24,508 bases of DNA from a virus (taxonomy: Duplodnaviria; Caudoviricetes). How positions within the stretch are numbered: the first letter of the stretch is position 1; each line of letters starts with the position of its first letter. The position numbers were made by a program, and so were the translations under genes. Shown here piece by piece: positions 23,655-24,508 of this stretch. The stretch covers positions 1 through 24,508 of the IMG/VR virus record IMGVR_UViG_3300011335_000696; one strand, written 5' to 3'. The notes under the pieces are model-generated. The model was not told the DNA's origin, made no database searches, and worked only from the letters and a program-made list of their open reading frames with translations.

Positions 23655-23845
23655 TCGGCCATGCCTTCGGCTTCTCGCTTTCGCACCCACTCTCGAACGG
23701 TGAGCCGCGACGACTCCAGCGCATTGATGCACTCGTGAAGATTCATCGCGGGTAGCACCACGGTACGAGATGTCGTGCGGCGTGGCTTCGGTTGTGGTTC
23801 GCGCCTCACGCCGCGATGCGACTTCCATCGTGACTTAGACATCAT
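23651..23845 (-). CDS. Hypothetical basic protein (64 aa)
   Basis: ATGA-coupled start 23845 with GGAG upstream; MMSKSRWKSHRGVRREPQPKPRR. Confidence 0.55.
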   Translation of the reverse strand: MMSKSRWKSHRGVRREPQPKPRRTTSRTVVLPAMNLHECINALESSRLTVREWVRKREAEGMAE

Positions 23846-24081
23846 GCAGTCTCCACACGCCAGTCGCCACGACACCCGCAGGCACATCCCTTGACTAGTC
23901 CACGCTTGAGCATGGATCGGAGCTTCGCCATAACGACCTTGCGCGGAGCATCCGGGTAGCCCGGATCGTAAACGCTCGGCATGATCGCTTCGTAGCCTTC
24001 GGGCTTGTAGGTATGCCACACGCCGGGGCGTTCATTCAGAACAGCAAGGATGCGCGCTTCGGATAGGTCGGCGACCTTCAT
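23842..24081 (-). CDS. Small protein with GCACGCRGD motif (79 aa)
   Basis: ATGA-coupled; PRKVVMAKLRSMLKRGLVKGCACGCRGDW looks like a winged-helix end with a CxCxC cluster. Confidence 0.7.
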   Translation of the reverse strand: MKVADLSEARILAVLNERPGVWHTYKPEGYEAIMPSVYDPGYPDAPRKVVMAKLRSMLKRGLVKGCACGCRGDWRVETA

Positions 24082-24446
24082 GCCGTCTCAACCAGACGCA
24101 CAGGCGGCGCACCACGCCGGATGGCGATCGCGTCCTCGAGGCGCTCGAGGTGCTGGGCCGGCAGGGACGCCACCGCTTGCACCATGATCGCGAGCAGCTG
24201 CTCGTCGCTCATCGTGTCGTCGGGTGCCGACGCCTTCGCGAGCGCGAGGTCGAGCTCGTCGCGTGTCTGGAGCGCGAGGCGCTTTGCGCTGACCGCGGCC
24301 TGCCAGCTGCGCGCCTCTTCGGCCTTCGTGACCATCCCCTCGGCCTGCCGCAGCGCGTCGCGCAGGTACTCCACGCGCTCTTGCGTGTCGGGGAGCTTGC
24401 CGTAGTTGGCTGCGCGGTCCCTCGGCTTGCGTCGTTCGATGGCCAT
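24078..24446 (-). CDS. Putative terminase small subunit (122 aa)
   Basis: AGGAG RBS; helical, SWQAAV segment and MSDEQL tail typical of TerS; first late-region gene; mainly positional. Confidence 0.55.
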   Translation of the reverse strand: MAIERRKPRDRAANYGKLPDTQERVEYLRDALRQAEGMVTKAEEARSWQAAVSAKRLALQTRDELDLALAKASAPDDTMSDEQLLAIMVQAVASLPAQHLERLEDAIAIRRGAPPVRLVETA

Positions 24447-24508
24447 TCAGGCTCCTACGTTGCGTTCAAGGTACCGGGAGAGAGCGAGAAGGTCGAGAGC
24501 CTAACGGG

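Larger units (their letters stand above)
1..24508. mobile_element. Tailed dsDNA phage (siphovirus-type) genome or prophage segment; ends not visible
   Basis: Terminase-portal-scaffold-capsid-neck-tail-tape measure-lysis order on minus strand, plus ERF, RusA and XRE early genes; dense packing with many ATGA/TGATG overlaps; no host housekeeping genes. Confidence 0.97.

Noticed and set aside
1-24508. Stop-codon reassignment, tRNA genes, introns or inteins
   Set aside because: Genes tile fully in the standard code using all three stops; TerL, portal and capsid are uninterrupted and normal-sized; no tRNA-like sequence seen in the gaps

Overview
The window is a very GC-rich segment of a tailed dsDNA phage or prophage with siphovirus-type organisation (major tail tube, frameshifted tail assembly chaperone, tape measure; no sheath gene). 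A divergent control region at 1368-1454 separates two early arms. The leftward arm has an XRE-HTH regulator, small HTH and coiled-coil proteins, a RusA resolvase and a NrdR-like zinc ribbon cut by the window edge. The rightward arm has an ERF annealase, a small membrane protein, a DEDDy exonuclease and small ORFs. The rest (3774-24446, minus strand) is a compact late region: putative TerS, three inserted small genes, TerL, portal, a stand-alone head-associated domain, scaffold, major capsid, adaptor, tail terminator, tail tube, chaperone G/GT, gp10-like protein, tape measure, two tail-tip proteins, Gly-rich fibre, membrane proteins and an M15 endolysin. No integrase, tRNA, rRNA, CRISPR array or transposase was seen. 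Most notable: (1) an ERF fused to a Cys-flanked motif resembling the plant OSB 'PDF' ssDNA-binding motif and ending in an SSB-type DDDIPF tail; (2) a TTGAC-N5-GWCAC palindrome over the -35 boxes of both early promoters and a capsid-gene promoter; (3) a 38-bp tandem duplication creating a doubly coupled 13-codon minicistron; (4) a GGGTTTT -1 frameshift; (5) an inserted gene near TerS sharing its 3' end. All protein calls come from motifs and synteny read by eye, not database searches.
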